Positions 1 to 10,810 are shown, counted from the first letter of the stretch. The stretch is 64,000 nucleotides of DNA from an uncultured Nitrososphaeraceae archaeon (GCA_963729045.1 CAVSMN010000016.1:32001-96000), one strand, 5' to 3'. The notes: generated by a model from the letters alone, not told the origin. Made by a program: numbers and translations.

Positions 1-492
1 CTTGGTGAGATTGGATACAACCTTATCAACATCCTTGAGGAGGAAATTTTTGTGAAGCAATTGGAAGCCTGTAGAAATGAAAGTATGCTTACTATGATAC
101 ACCTGCCACATCAAAATAAGGCTGAAGGTATGAGAAAAATGAAGAGAATATTTGAGAATGGAAATTATGATTTTGATAAGATACTGATTGATCACAATAC
201 CGAAGAGACAATTAAGATGACTTTAGACATGGGTGCTTGGGCTGGCCTATCAGTTTATCCGGTTTCGAAGCTATCTCCAGATCGGGTCATCGGTATAGTA
301 AATAAAAACGGAAGCGAGCGCATAATGGTTAATAGCGCAGCAGATTGGGGAATATCTGATCCACTAAGTGTACCCATGACAGCAAGAGAAATGAGAAAAA
401 ATAAATGTTCTTCACTAGATATTGAAAGAGTTACATTCCTAAATGCATATGAATTCTATAAACAATCAGAAAAATTTACATGGAGACCCTAA
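1..492 (+). CDS. TatD-family metal-dependent hydrolase, EboB-like; 5' end truncated by window edge
   Basis: Frame 1 open from base 1: LGEIG...IHLPH...IDH..EET...GLSVYP..KLSP.R...RIMVNSAADWGISDPL; the NSAADWG.SDPL motif is typical of the ebo-associated TatD subfamily. Confidence 0.8.
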   Translation, partial: LGEIGYNLINILEEEIFVKQLEACRNESMLTMIHLPHQNKAEGMRKMKRIFENGNYDFDKILIDHNTEETIKMTLDMGAWAGLSVYPVSKLSPDRVIGIVNKNGSERIMVNSAADWGISDPLSVPMTAREMRKNKCSSLDIERVTFLNAYEFYKQSEKFTWRP

Positions 493-783
493 CGACATTA
501 GTCTCTAGATGTGTTTATGTAATAAAATGGCGATCTTGATCATCCCTCAATTTTATAAAGTGAAATCAACTTTAACTCATGAATAAAAATAAAAAAACCA
601 CGATCTTTTTACCAAATCCAAGATAGATCGACCGTCTAATTTTTACTTGATTGTACAATTAGTATTATAAATATGGAGAACATTTTGAATAACCCAACTA
701 AAATATAATTGATTTAATACATTTGAATTTATTTTATCCTGAATAAGAACGTTTTTATAATTCGAATAGTCTACATGTAGCTT

Positions 784-1744
784 TTGGATCAATTCAACGA
801 GTTCTTGTTACTGGTGGGGCAGGATTTATCGTAGTCATAATGTTGATGAATTACTAAAGAGAGGATTTGAAACATTTATAATTGATAATTTTTCTAGAGG
901 TAAATTGGATAATTTAAAACATAATCTTTCAAACCCAAAGTTGCATATTTTACGTGGAGATATTTCCCAAATTCATGATATTTTGAAAGATTTAAAGGAT
1001 TTAGATATCGTATTTCATGAAGCTGTAATAACAAGTGTCACAGAATCAGTCAGAAATCCTGAAAATGTATTTGATTCAAACGTAGCATCCACCATGAAGG
1101 TAATTGATTTCTGTGTGAATTATGGTGTAAAAAAGATTTTTTTTGCATCATCCTCAGCTGTCTATGGGGATCTACCCAACGATGTATTAAGGGTAGATTT
1201 AGCGTGCAAACCAACCTCTCCATATGGGGCTTCAAAGTTATCCGTGGAAAACTATCTTCATGGTTATTGGAAAACTTATGGGCTAAAATGCGTCTCATTA
1301 CGATATTTCAATGTATATGGTTCTAGACAAAGTAATATTGAGTATAGCGGAGTATTAACGATTTTTATTGGTAGGTTGATAAACAATCTAGCCCCTATTA
1401 TTTATGGCGATGGGTCCCAGACTAGGGATTTTGTAAATATTAAAGACATAGTATATGCCAATATGCTCTCTATGGAGTCTAACAACGCTGTGGGTGATAT
1501 TTTTAATATCGGAACCGGAGTTCCTACCTCAATTTTAGATCTAGTTCAGATTGCAAAGAACACAATCGGCAAGAAAGAAATTTATCCAAAGTACACTGAC
1601 GCTCGGGCGGGAGATATTCTTAAAAGTCTTTCGGATATATCTAAAGCCCGAAACTTGTTAGGATACTATCCAAGAATAGATCTCCGAGATGGACTTGAAA
1701 GTTTTGTGAGATCTTATTTATCTTCATCGCTCATCCATGTTTAA
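784..1744 (+). CDS. NAD-dependent nucleotide-sugar epimerase/dehydratase (GalE-like extended SDR), frameshifted near 5' end
   Basis: RVLVTGGAGFI read at ~798-830 in a different frame from ORF 905..1744, which has ASSSAVYG, SPYGASK (YxxxK), LRYFNVYG, GDGSQTRDF; start position approximate. Confidence 0.85.
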
Positions 1745-2450
1745 ATCATTAGGTTGAACGAATTCATAGCATTTTTAGAACATTCTTATGGGTTTGCAAT
1801 AGATTGCCAAAGAGTATAGGAAAATTTAGAAAGAGTTATCCTGATATTTCTTCTTGGTTGTATTTTTTTATTGAAGTCAATCCTATCAAACAGAGAAATT
1901 TCAACAATACACTATCGCAAAGGAGTCTATGATTTAGCAAATTATTATGTAGAGATACTATTTTTGACTTGTTATTTTTCGAAGGTTCTATATATGATGA
2001 TTTCAATCCCTTAGACAAAAAAATTTGTATACTGTATCACAAAGAATGCAATGTGTATACCTGTATTCGCTTACTTCCAGTTCCTTGCATAAGGTGCATC
2101 AATACAGAAATATTTCAATCCTTTTCACATCTTTACTTTGTAAATAAAGATCATACATTAGAAACACCATGAATTCGCTCACAACAAAAAATCAATATTT
2201 TTAGTCCCTAAATAAAAAAGGCGGAAAGAATTTGCCTTAGATCCCTAATTTTATTCTAATGGCTCATAAATGTTCTGTAACCAAGTAAATGAAATCAAGA
2301 ATCAATAGTGTAGGAACTAAAAAAATATGGGGGTTTCTAAAATCAATTGTGACAATTTTTGTTTGTGGTCCAAAAAAAAGTATACCAGAGTGCGAGCTAG
2401 CCTCAATACCAATAGAAGTTCTTAATATAGTATAATATCATACTATAATA

Positions 2451-2930
2451 ATGTCTGAAGCAAAAAATGTTAATCCACATTATGAAAAAATAGTAGATTG
2501 GCTTAAAAAGGACCCAATTTGTAACGTGGACGAAACATTAGATGATGATAATACGGTATCCATTATTAATACAAGTTATTTCGAAGATTTCAAAATCAGT
2601 GTTTATCTTTATAAAACTGACATGGGGCGAATTGAAATCATATCTAGACCTCGTCTTATAACTGAGGAGGGTAAAATTCTACAAAATAGGGCCAACGATG
2701 TAATTAATGATTTTCAAACACAATTGACGATGGATTTACTGAAGGTGGGTGTATTTTGTTCATTGCAAACAAACAATGAGGGTAATTCCATTGGTCTCAC
2801 TTTGCTGTATCCCTTGTTCTTTGATAACCTGACGCGGGAATTATTTATGCAGGCTGTCCATACCGTAGCTAGAGCATGTTTGATAACGGCTCTAGAATTT
2901 GATAAGTTTGCTCTTGATTATCAAGAGTAG
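2451..2930 (+). CDS. Hypothetical protein, possibly DUF2299/YbjN-like fold
   Basis: 159-aa ORF with AT-rich TATA-like element upstream; C-terminal LFFDNLTRELFMQAV resembles DUF2299-type proteins (weak). Confidence 0.55.
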   Translation: MSEAKNVNPHYEKIVDWLKKDPICNVDETLDDDNTVSIINTSYFEDFKISVYLYKTDMGRIEIISRPRLITEEGKILQNRANDVINDFQTQLTMDLLKVGVFCSLQTNNEGNSIGLTLLYPLFFDNLTRELFMQAVHTVARACLITALEFDKFALDYQE

Positions 2931-3520
2931 CCTCAAAATGTTAAATTGTAGTTATTCTGTTGCCTAAATAATTCATTAATAGGAAAACCTTTTTTTTGAA
3001 TCGCATTGGTCTATCACATAAATCTGATGACATTTGGAAATAAAAGAATCCAAAACTCAGACTTGTTCCGGATTTAATCTTGCTATCTGATGTTTTGCTT
3101 TAATTTGAATTTATTGAATGTTCAAATAAGGAAATAAGGGAAATAAGGACATGGATAGAAACAAGAATTAAAAAAACTTGATTCCCTATTTTTGATAAGT
3201 CTATTGCTTAACAATAGTTACTAATTTATCTACTTAATCACTTCCATTAAAGCCTTCAATAAATTATCTGCTAACAATCAATTCGTATCTATTAGCGATT
3301 TGAATCGTGAGGTTTTTTCGATAAACTAATTTATTTTCGGGCTTAATGACATGGTCAATCCTATTTAGAAGTACATGAGTCAAATTTCAAATTTGTTAGA
3401 AGAATTGTATCTAAGTTTTTTTATGAATTGGCTTGATGTGTTCAGGCATTAAACTAAATATTATATAATATTCCTTAATATAGGATTAATTTTTTTTAAA
3501 AAAAGGAGATGGGGCTAGGC

Positions 3521-4039
3521 TTATCTTTGTGCTAATGCATTATTGCCGGTATTGACCTGGTTTTGGAAATTAAAATTGTTGCCAGAACCGACTGTATTCC
3601 CGCCTGACACAACCTGGCTATTTTGACTGGAGGATTGTGATTGACCTATTCCTTGACTAGCTTTGTTGCCACCCTTTCCATTTCCATCTTGTGCCAATGC
3701 ATTGTTTCCACTGTTCTGTTGGTTTTGGACGTTTATGTTGTTACATGAAGCACTAGTACTGCCGCCGGAAACACATTGAGAATTTTGACTAGAGGATTGT
3801 GATTGACCTATTCCTTGAGAAGCCTTGTTACCATTACCATTGTTGTTATCATTATGGTGCCTAAAGTAATTCTTGCACCAGTTCTTACTATGATCATCTC
3901 TACAGTCTTCCCAATCATTGTACTTTTGCTTCGCTAATACGCTATTTATTCCGGATATAGATGGACCCATAATCATTACTGTCGCAAATACTGCTACAAC
4001 TAATAGTGCAGTTTTTTTTGTATGCTTTGACCTTAACAT
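3521..4039 (-). CDS. Secreted Gln/Asn/Ser/Gly-rich protein with two 47-aa imperfect repeats
   Basis: Basic N-terminus, hydrophobic stretch and V-L-A cleavage-like site; two copies of NKASQGIGQSQSSSQNSQxVSGG...NN.N.QNQ.N.GNNALAQ. Confidence 0.85.
   Translation of the reverse strand: MLRSKHTKKTALLVVAVFATVMIMGPSISGINSVLAKQKYNDWEDCRDDHSKNWCKNYFRHHNDNNNGNGNKASQGIGQSQSSSQNSQCVSGGSTSASCNNINVQNQQNSGNNALAQDGNGKGGNKASQGIGQSQSSSQNSQVVSGGNTVGSGNNFNFQNQVNTGNNALAQR
3527..3829 (-). repeat. Internal tandem duplication, 162-nt period (47-aa unit plus 7-aa linker)
   Basis: ttttgact(g/a)gaggattgtgattgacctattccttga occurs at 3621 and 3783. Confidence 0.9.
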
Positions 4040-4456
4040 TTTAGTCTTATATTGTATATTATGAAAATATGATATAACAATTTGTTAAGATTATCAGAGT
4101 AATTATTTCTGTTCATTCTATTCATTAATTTGTTATGGAATAGTTTTAGGATTTCTTTATATAGCACTTATAAGACTAAGCAAATGGATTTCCGTGTATT
4201 AGGTAATTAATGAAAAAAGGGATCTTGTAACTCGTAACTAGTTATTCACTAATAAGGGACTGCTCTCAAAGAAATTTACTTTCGGCGGTTGAATTACTGA
4301 TAAACTTGATAGAACACAATCGATCTAATACTATTATTTCAAATATTCTAATTGTATATCCAAGATTTTCTATATTATTGATGATTTTTAATTCTATTAT
4401 AAAATTTTTGGGTTTAAAAAAATAAGATGTGGCAATACTAATTTAAAATAAAAGGT

Positions 4457-4714
4457 TTATTGTTGGCCTGCTGCGTTGTTACCATCTTGTGCGTTTATAG
4501 ATAAGCCTACATTGTTACATGATGCAAGCGTATTGTTGTCTGTTGCACATTCTGAAAATTGACCTGTCTCTGATAATTGGCCTAAAAATTGTGCTCCGTC
4601 GTTGCTACTTTTTTTGGTTGCAAATGCCATATTATCTCCAAATGTTACTGTTGAACCCACTAATGCTGCTGCAATAAAGATTGACAAGATCGACAATTGA
4701 ATTTTATTATTCAT
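4457..4714 (-). CDS. Small secreted paralog of 3521..4039 with one repeat unit
   Basis: Signal peptide ending A-F-A, then NDGAQFLGQLSETGQFSECATDNNTLASCNNVGLSINAQDGNNAAGQQ, aligning without gaps to the 47-aa unit including C-x9-C. Confidence 0.85.
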   Translation of the reverse strand: MNNKIQLSILSIFIAAALVGSTVTFGDNMAFATKKSSNDGAQFLGQLSETGQFSECATDNNTLASCNNVGLSINAQDGNNAAGQQ

Positions 4715-5218
4715 GTGTATATGTTCTTAGTATTGTATAAGTGAATTGTTTAAGCAGATTCTGAAATAATCTTACTATAATTAATTCCCATATATCAAAT
4801 GTCAACAAGCATGAACAAACTGGTAATATTTTACCTCATCACTTTTTTCTAATTGATGGGAATTACTCGTTGATTTCTCAGATTATATCCATCTTACTCC
4901 TCTAACAGCTTAATCATTTAGATAGAAAAAACAAAATCAAATATCTAATTTTCTTGTGCCTAAATATATTGATGTCGGTTTAGTCAAGTATCCTTACCGT
5001 GATAAAAGCTAAATTTCCAAGAAAGATAATAAGGTTCATTGTAATATCCTACTTTATTTTGTCAAGAGTAGAAAAACCGATTTTAGTACAGTAATAATCA
5101 TTGCGTCGGCACCAGGAGAGGACATGTCTAGACTTTCATCTTGATATGATCAGCAAGTATTATTGGTGGGCTTCAATCCTCTGCTTTGCTATAGATTTTA
5201 GGTTAAGTAGTAATTATT

Positions 5219-5275
5219 TGAACAAATTGAACAAGAATATGAACAAACTGAACAAGAATCTGAATACTTTAAATA
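5219..5275 (+). promoter_or_regulatory. 21-bp direct repeats (TGAACAA x4) abutting a TATA-like box
   Basis: tgaacaaattgaacaagaata (5219) and tgaacaaactgaacaagaatc (5240), degenerate third copy at 5261, tttaaata at 5268-5275. Confidence 0.55.
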
Positions 5276-5276
5276 A

Positions 5277-7116
5277 ATGTCAACTTATATGAGTGGAGAT
5301 TTGAAAGCATCAGAAAAATCCGTTATAGAAGGATATCTGAATGGAAATTCCTATGAAAAAATATCGAAACAGAATCAAATTTCAAAGGGAACCGTGTTTA
5401 ACATTATTAAAGGGTGGAAGGACCGGATTGCTGTCCCAGATATTGATTCTATAAGAGAATTCTCTGTCTTCGTAAACAAATCAGGGTTGACCCTAGATCA
5501 ATGTGTTCAAGGGGTTAGATTTATCAAAATCTTGTCTAAGCTTCGGAATCTCAGACGAATTAGATATTGGTCAGGCGCTTTATTCTGATGATAATACTCA
5601 TTTTAAATATACCCACCTGGAAGAGAATACAGGAATTACGGATGATGAAAGTGCTGGAAAAAAATCTGGTAGAGATGCCGCAACCCGCAGAGACAGTTTT
5701 TATCACTTTGTAGGTAATCTTTATGATAATTGTAAAATTCATCATATAGATCCCGCTATCATAGTAAGATGGATGGATGACTTGTTAGAATTTGGCTTTT
5801 CTACCTTCAATTCCAATACAATTGAATCGAATGCTGGCGGTACACCTATCGATGACGCAACAAATTTTCCAAAAAATAGTATCGTAAGGATCAAAAGAAA
5901 CCAAATATCCTTAATTTCTAAAATTGACAATTATCTTGAAAAGGAGAAGCTAGAATTTCAAAGACTGCAACAAGCCAGGATCAAACTTTCGAGAGATATC
6001 AAAAGGGCAATTCAACACAAGAACACTATTGTCTCTAACCTAGAAAAAACTATGATAAAAGAGCGAAATATCATGAAGTATTATTCATGGTATAAGTCCC
6101 TTATGCAAGAACTAGAATATGAATACGGTATAGATATCGGAGAGGAATTCGGCTCCTTTGCAAGGGCAATTGTAGATTTCAAGGCTTATAACTACAATGT
6201 GCTCGATATTATCAAAGATTATAAACAGATCGAATCATTGAGAGAAGAGAAAGAGAAAGTTCAAAGTATAATTGATTTAATTACACACAAAAGAGATATC
6301 CTACTCGAAGAAATTGACTCTCTACAGGAAAACCTTAGCTATTCAACCCAGTCCTTGAATACCTATAAGGAATTACTTGAGAGAGGGCTTGGACTTAAGG
6401 AACTCAAACAGCTATTAAACACATTAATAGAAATCTCTAGAGCTAACAAAATAGCTGACTGGGAAGCATTGCCCAGATTTCTCAACGATGTGGAAAAACA
6501 ATACGATAATAAACTAGGATTTGAAAGCACATTAAATAATCTTAAGGCAAAAATGGAGAAACTTCAGGCTGAAGTTCCAGAATATAAATGGTATTTAAAA
6601 TTACAGGGGGTTGTAAGCCCAACCATTATCCATCTTAACAGATGTGGTGTAACAAACGAAGACATTCTTAACATAAATAGTTTGGTGCTATCTTTCAAGA
6701 ATTCCAATTTTATTGATGATCTTGCACTTAGGGAGAATGGTAACGGTGTAATTAAAAATGGTACTCTTAATAGGAACGAATACTGGCAACGATTTATAGA
6801 AAAATTAAAGAGTTTAAAAAATATTCATTTGGCGATTAATCAGAGTACGTCCATTTCTAATAATCTAAAAATACAAATCGAAAGATTAAAGGTAAAAAAG
6901 CAGGAGTTGGAAAAAAATTATTCCGACGCAGTAACAAATCTGAATCACATTCTTATACAAACGTCTTTTTCAATTGAAGTAACCAGACATCTCCAACAAG
7001 AAATAAATAAAAAATTGTTGACTGCTGCGGGACTGAATCCAATAATGTTTAATGTACTAATAATAAGAAACAAAGATGAGGAAAACAATAAAAAGGAAAA
7101 CAACGGTGACGAGTAA
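5277..7116 (+). CDS. N-terminal HTH plus long coiled-coil protein (~610 aa when ORFs 5277..5588 and 5503..7116 are joined; frameshift near 5540)
   Basis: YLNGNSYEKISKQNQISKGTVFNII is HTH-like; downstream ORF is rich in heptad E/K/L/Q; start may be ATG 5289. Confidence 0.7.
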
Positions 7117-7368
7117 AGGTTATTTGAATTAATTTTGAGGTTTGTATTATTTTTGATAATTATCGAAGAGAAAGGATGATGACCTGGCTATCACTTACGA
7201 AATAATGAATCACTAAAAATTCTCTTAATATCGTCAATTTTGATGTAATTCGCGATTCTCTTTAGGAAGTTTTTGCAAAAAATAAAAAGTTGTGAATATG
7301 ATTAGTTCGACTACAATATTAGAGGGGAGGGGATATTACCGAATCACTAAAACAGGGAAGAATTTTGG

Positions 7369-7542
7369 TTAGTATTTTTCCTCTTCCTGCATATATTGCA
7401 ATATTTTATCTGCGGTTTGCAAATCGTGTCTTTTGCTACGGACGGGGTTTAAACCCTGTCTTTCAATACTTGAGTTTTTTTGTAATGACTTTTCTTCACC
7501 TCCTACTGTACCAAACTTGATTTTTTTTCTTTGCTTTTTCAT
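7369..7542 (-). CDS. Small basic hypothetical protein, 57 aa (MKKQRKKIKFGTVGGEEK...MQEEEKY)
   Basis: Hand-translated; ATG at 7542, TAA at 7369-7371; TTTTATA on minus strand ~25 nt upstream. Confidence 0.45.
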   Translation of the reverse strand: MKKQRKKIKFGTVGGEEKSLQKNSSIERQGLNPVRSKRHDLQTADKILQYMQEEEKY

Positions 7543-7789
7543 GCTCGTTTTAGTCCAATAAACTATAAAACTGGTTACTTTTTTACCAAATTAAACAATA
7601 AGGATTTGATAGGGCAGGGAATAAAGGTATAATATAGATAAATCCTCAATTTTATCGATTTAATTAACCTTTCAAGTCTTCATATGGCGTCTCATCTCCA
7701 CCAATTTGTTCAAATTCTTAATTTGACGTGGCCCTTCCTAAAACGGAAAAAAATAAATTATTTCAATAATCAAAATATGAAGATGAAAT

Positions 7790-7936
7790 TTAAGAAACTC
7801 CACTAGGCTGTTTATGTTCTGAATGTTCAAGCTTTATGTGCTCTTCTTTCTCATCCTTGTTTCTAAATGTAATTCCGCAAAGGTGGCATGTATTATCAGA
7901 AGACGGTTTGTTAGCTGGTTCGCCAGTTGTCCCCAT
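7790..7936 (-). CDS. C2H2-type zinc-finger microprotein, 48 aa
   Basis: Hand-translated MGTTGEPANKPSSDNTCHLCGITFRNKDEKEEHIKLEHSEHKQPSGVS; C-x2-C-x3-F-x8-H-x4-H; TTATATT upstream on minus strand. Confidence 0.8.
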   Translation of the reverse strand: MGTTGEPANKPSSDNTCHLCGITFRNKDEKEEHIKLEHSEHKQPSGVS

Positions 7937-8409
7937 ATTAACAACTATACAGCATTTGTAAATATAAGCATTAAATTGGTTGATTAAGAAGAGCTGTCCA
8001 GCAGCCGAACAATTATAATTTGATACTATTGATGGGTTAATATTTTTCTAGATTTTTATGTTTTTGAGTAAAACCCTCCTTCAATAAGCAAAAATTTATT
8101 ATTTGATCTTAACAATTTTACTACTATTTTCATTTTGAAATTGTTTGATTGGATACCATTTCTTCATAGAAAAAATGGCTATGACGTTATGACCAATATC
8201 GTTGAAATCATTTCAGTTTTCTTGCGAATAACTCAATACTGCAGGTTGACTCCAGATATGCAGTCTTTCACTATCATACAATCTTTCCTTTATCATATTT
8301 CCATTCTTCCCAATCTCACGCAAGAATACAATTATTAATTTTTTTAATCCAATTAGCGTAAATACTAGATATATTTAGTTTTATATTAGACAAGGTAGGA
8401 AAATGAAAA

Positions 8410-9009
8410 ATGGAAGGGATCGATGATAAAAATAATAGTGATTCTAATTTGGACCCTAAAGATGATACTGAGATAACTAAAAAATACTTAATAGAAATTG
8501 TTGGGAAATTTAAAAATATTTCTACCATAGAACTTCCAAATTATGAAGAGGCCTTAGAATTATTTAATCAGAGGTCAAAGGAAGGGAAAAATCTAATACT
8601 TTATGAGATACACAGATCAAAAATTGATGGATCGATGGTTAAAAAGGTTCCAGTGCTTAATACATCCAAGCATGCAGAGAGAATGCGAGTTCTCCAAGAG
8701 GAATTAAAGGATTCTACTCCCGCCAATAATGGGACAGTTAATGCTCCAGCTTCTACGCCATCCTCTCCGGACCAGAAAAGTAAAATGACACTTGGAACAA
8801 TGAAATTTAAGATAATAATTCTAGCTGCTGTAGTAGCTGGTTTTATACTGACACTATTTATGTTAAATATCATTGCAAGTGGAGGTAGTGGAAGTATGTC
8901 TGCCCATTCGATCGGATTTGATGCTATCCAGAACTACGTTCAAACTGCATCAAATGTTAATTACAATTACAATCATCAGGATTTAGTTTCGATCTATTTT
9001 CTTCCCTAA
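8410..9009 (+). CDS. Hypothetical single-pass membrane protein
   Basis: 199-aa ORF with hydrophobic segment IIILAAVVAGFILTLFMLNIIA. Confidence 0.7.
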   Translation: MEGIDDKNNSDSNLDPKDDTEITKKYLIEIVGKFKNISTIELPNYEEALELFNQRSKEGKNLILYEIHRSKIDGSMVKKVPVLNTSKHAERMRVLQEELKDSTPANNGTVNAPASTPSSPDQKSKMTLGTMKFKIIILAAVVAGFILTLFMLNIIASGGSGSMSAHSIGFDAIQNYVQTASNVNYNYNHQDLVSIYFLP

Positions 9010-9460
9010 TATCAAATTTCTATTAGCTCTTAATTCCTTTAATACAAATTTTATCAGAATCTATTTGTTTAAATTTTAAGCCTTAGAACCAAACTATGTT
9101 GTTCTTGCAAAACTACTGCATCTCAATTTTGTTAATGAGGTTCTTAGTCTAAAAGAAAAATCAACTCAGTTCTGTCGAGACTTATTCACCATTCTACCGT
9201 TTTTCTAATCCCTAGGATGAAAAAAACATCTTTCTCATGTGCCTCATAACAACCATTTTCAAATATCTATTCGAAAACACCACCCCCAAATGCATCAGAT
9301 TTTCGACAATATGCAAAGACATCAAATGATGAAATTTAGAATGTTAGTGCAAAATCTCCTAATACATTTAAATAATCCATTTCATCGAAAATTTGATCAT
9401 ATGGATAATAATTGTCTTTTATTCCCAATTATATAATAATATATCTAACAGTAAATCCTT

Positions 9461-10645
9461 GTGAATATTCTGATATCGTTGTTACTTCTATTCTCCGTAG
9501 TAGGTGGAAGCTTGATTTTATTTGATTATGATGATATTTTTGCACAAAGCACTGATTTCCAATTACCGTCTTTATCCTTTAGCACTCCCTATTCAGACAT
9601 GCCATCAAACTTGGAAGGCTCGCTTTCAGAACTCGGTGATATAGATGAAGTGGATTCTCAAGTGAAAGAAATAATAAAACCAGCATTTCAGAATCCGTTA
9701 GAAAATTCTGCTACTAAAGAAAAGGATGATATTTCGTCTGTCATTGATTCCAAAGGTAGTGGGATTGGAGAAGAAAGTGCTTCTACTACCAGTAGTAGTG
9801 ATGGTAATGTATATGTGGTAGACTATGCTAATATTCGAGTTCAGAAATTCAATAATCAAGGTGACTATATCTCTAAATGGGGTACCAAAGGCCAGGCGGA
9901 TGGTCAATTTGGAGTGCCTCATGGAGTAGATGTTGACAAAGAAAGGAATGTTTACATCGTCGATATGGATAACAATAACGTTCAAAAGTTTGATAGCGAA
10001 GGTAACTTCCTCTATAAATGGGGCTCCAGGGGTACTGGGGATGGCCAATTCATGCATCCTCATACCATCAAATTGGATTCAGCTGGCAACTCCTACGTAA
10101 GTGATATGGCAAACTTTAATATTCAAAAGTTTGATAGCGAAGGTAACTTCCTCTATAAATGGGGCTCCAGGGGTACTGGGGATGGCCAATTCAATGCCCC
10201 TGAAGGAGTTGCTATGGATTCTTTGGATAACATATATGTTACAGATACTGATAATAATAACGTTCAAAAGTTTGATAGCAAAGGTAACTTTATCTCTAAA
10301 TGGGGAACCACAGGTGAAAATGAAGGCCAATTCAAGAAGCCTGCTGGCCTGGATATAGATAAAAATGATAATATTTATGTAGTAGATGCTGGCAATAGTC
10401 GAATCCAAAAATTTGATAGCAATGGTGAATTCTTGACAACATGGGGATCAAAAGGACCAGGAAACGGACAACTAGCTAGCCCCCATGATGTGGCGGTAGA
10501 TTCTGAAGGAATCGTTTACGTAGTTGAGCAGCTAAACTTTAGAGTTCAAAAATTTGATAGCAATGGTGAATTCTTGACAACATGGGGATCCGAAGGAAGC
10601 AATGACGATCAATTTCTTGATCCTCACAGTATTGTGGTATCATAA
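9461..10645 (+). CDS. Secreted six-bladed NHL-repeat beta-propeller protein
   Basis: Signal peptide, acidic Ser-rich linker, six 47-aa repeats GQF..P.G..vD..gN.YV.D..N..vQKFds.G.f...WG. Confidence 0.9.
   Translation: MNILISLLLLFSVVGGSLILFDYDDIFAQSTDFQLPSLSFSTPYSDMPSNLEGSLSELGDIDEVDSQVKEIIKPAFQNPLENSATKEKDDISSVIDSKGSGIGEESASTTSSSDGNVYVVDYANIRVQKFNNQGDYISKWGTKGQADGQFGVPHGVDVDKERNVYIVDMDNNNVQKFDSEGNFLYKWGSRGTGDGQFMHPHTIKLDSAGNSYVSDMANFNIQKFDSEGNFLYKWGSRGTGDGQFNAPEGVAMDSLDNIYVTDTDNNNVQKFDSKGNFISKWGTTGENEGQFKKPAGLDIDKNDNIYVVDAGNSRIQKFDSNGEFLTTWGSKGPGNGQLASPHDVAVDSEGIVYVVEQLNFRVQKFDSNGEFLTTWGSEGSNDDQFLDPHSIVVS
9981..10590 (+). repeat. Identical DNA segments between adjacent NHL blades, 141-nt period
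   Basis: 72 bp identical at 9981-10052 and 10122-10193; 44 bp identical at 10406-10449 and 10547-10590. Confidence 0.9.
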
Positions 10646-10810
10646 TATTTTTCACAAATTTTATTAATTAGACACTGGTTTTATTAACTCTCATTTTATT
10701 TCTATATCTTTTGCAAAATTTGAGATAATCTGCTTTATGCAGGAGCAAATATGGGTCTAAATATTCAAAGATGATACTCTACCTTAATTACTACATAACT
10801 ATTTAAACCA

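Noticed and set aside
1836..2172. Short ORFs 1836..2018 and 1969..2172
   Set aside because: No recognisable motif; consistent with chance ORFs in AT-rich intergenic DNA
3124..3148. Triple AAATAAGG repeat
   Set aside because: Short and low complexity, not positioned at a promoter
9239..9436. His/Gln/Met-rich 65-aa ORF upstream of the NHL gene
   Set aside because: GTG start, no recognisable family; cannot be told from a chance ORF
9981..10590. Regularly spaced repeats as a CRISPR array
   Set aside because: 141-nt period, in frame inside the NHL gene; no cas genes in the window
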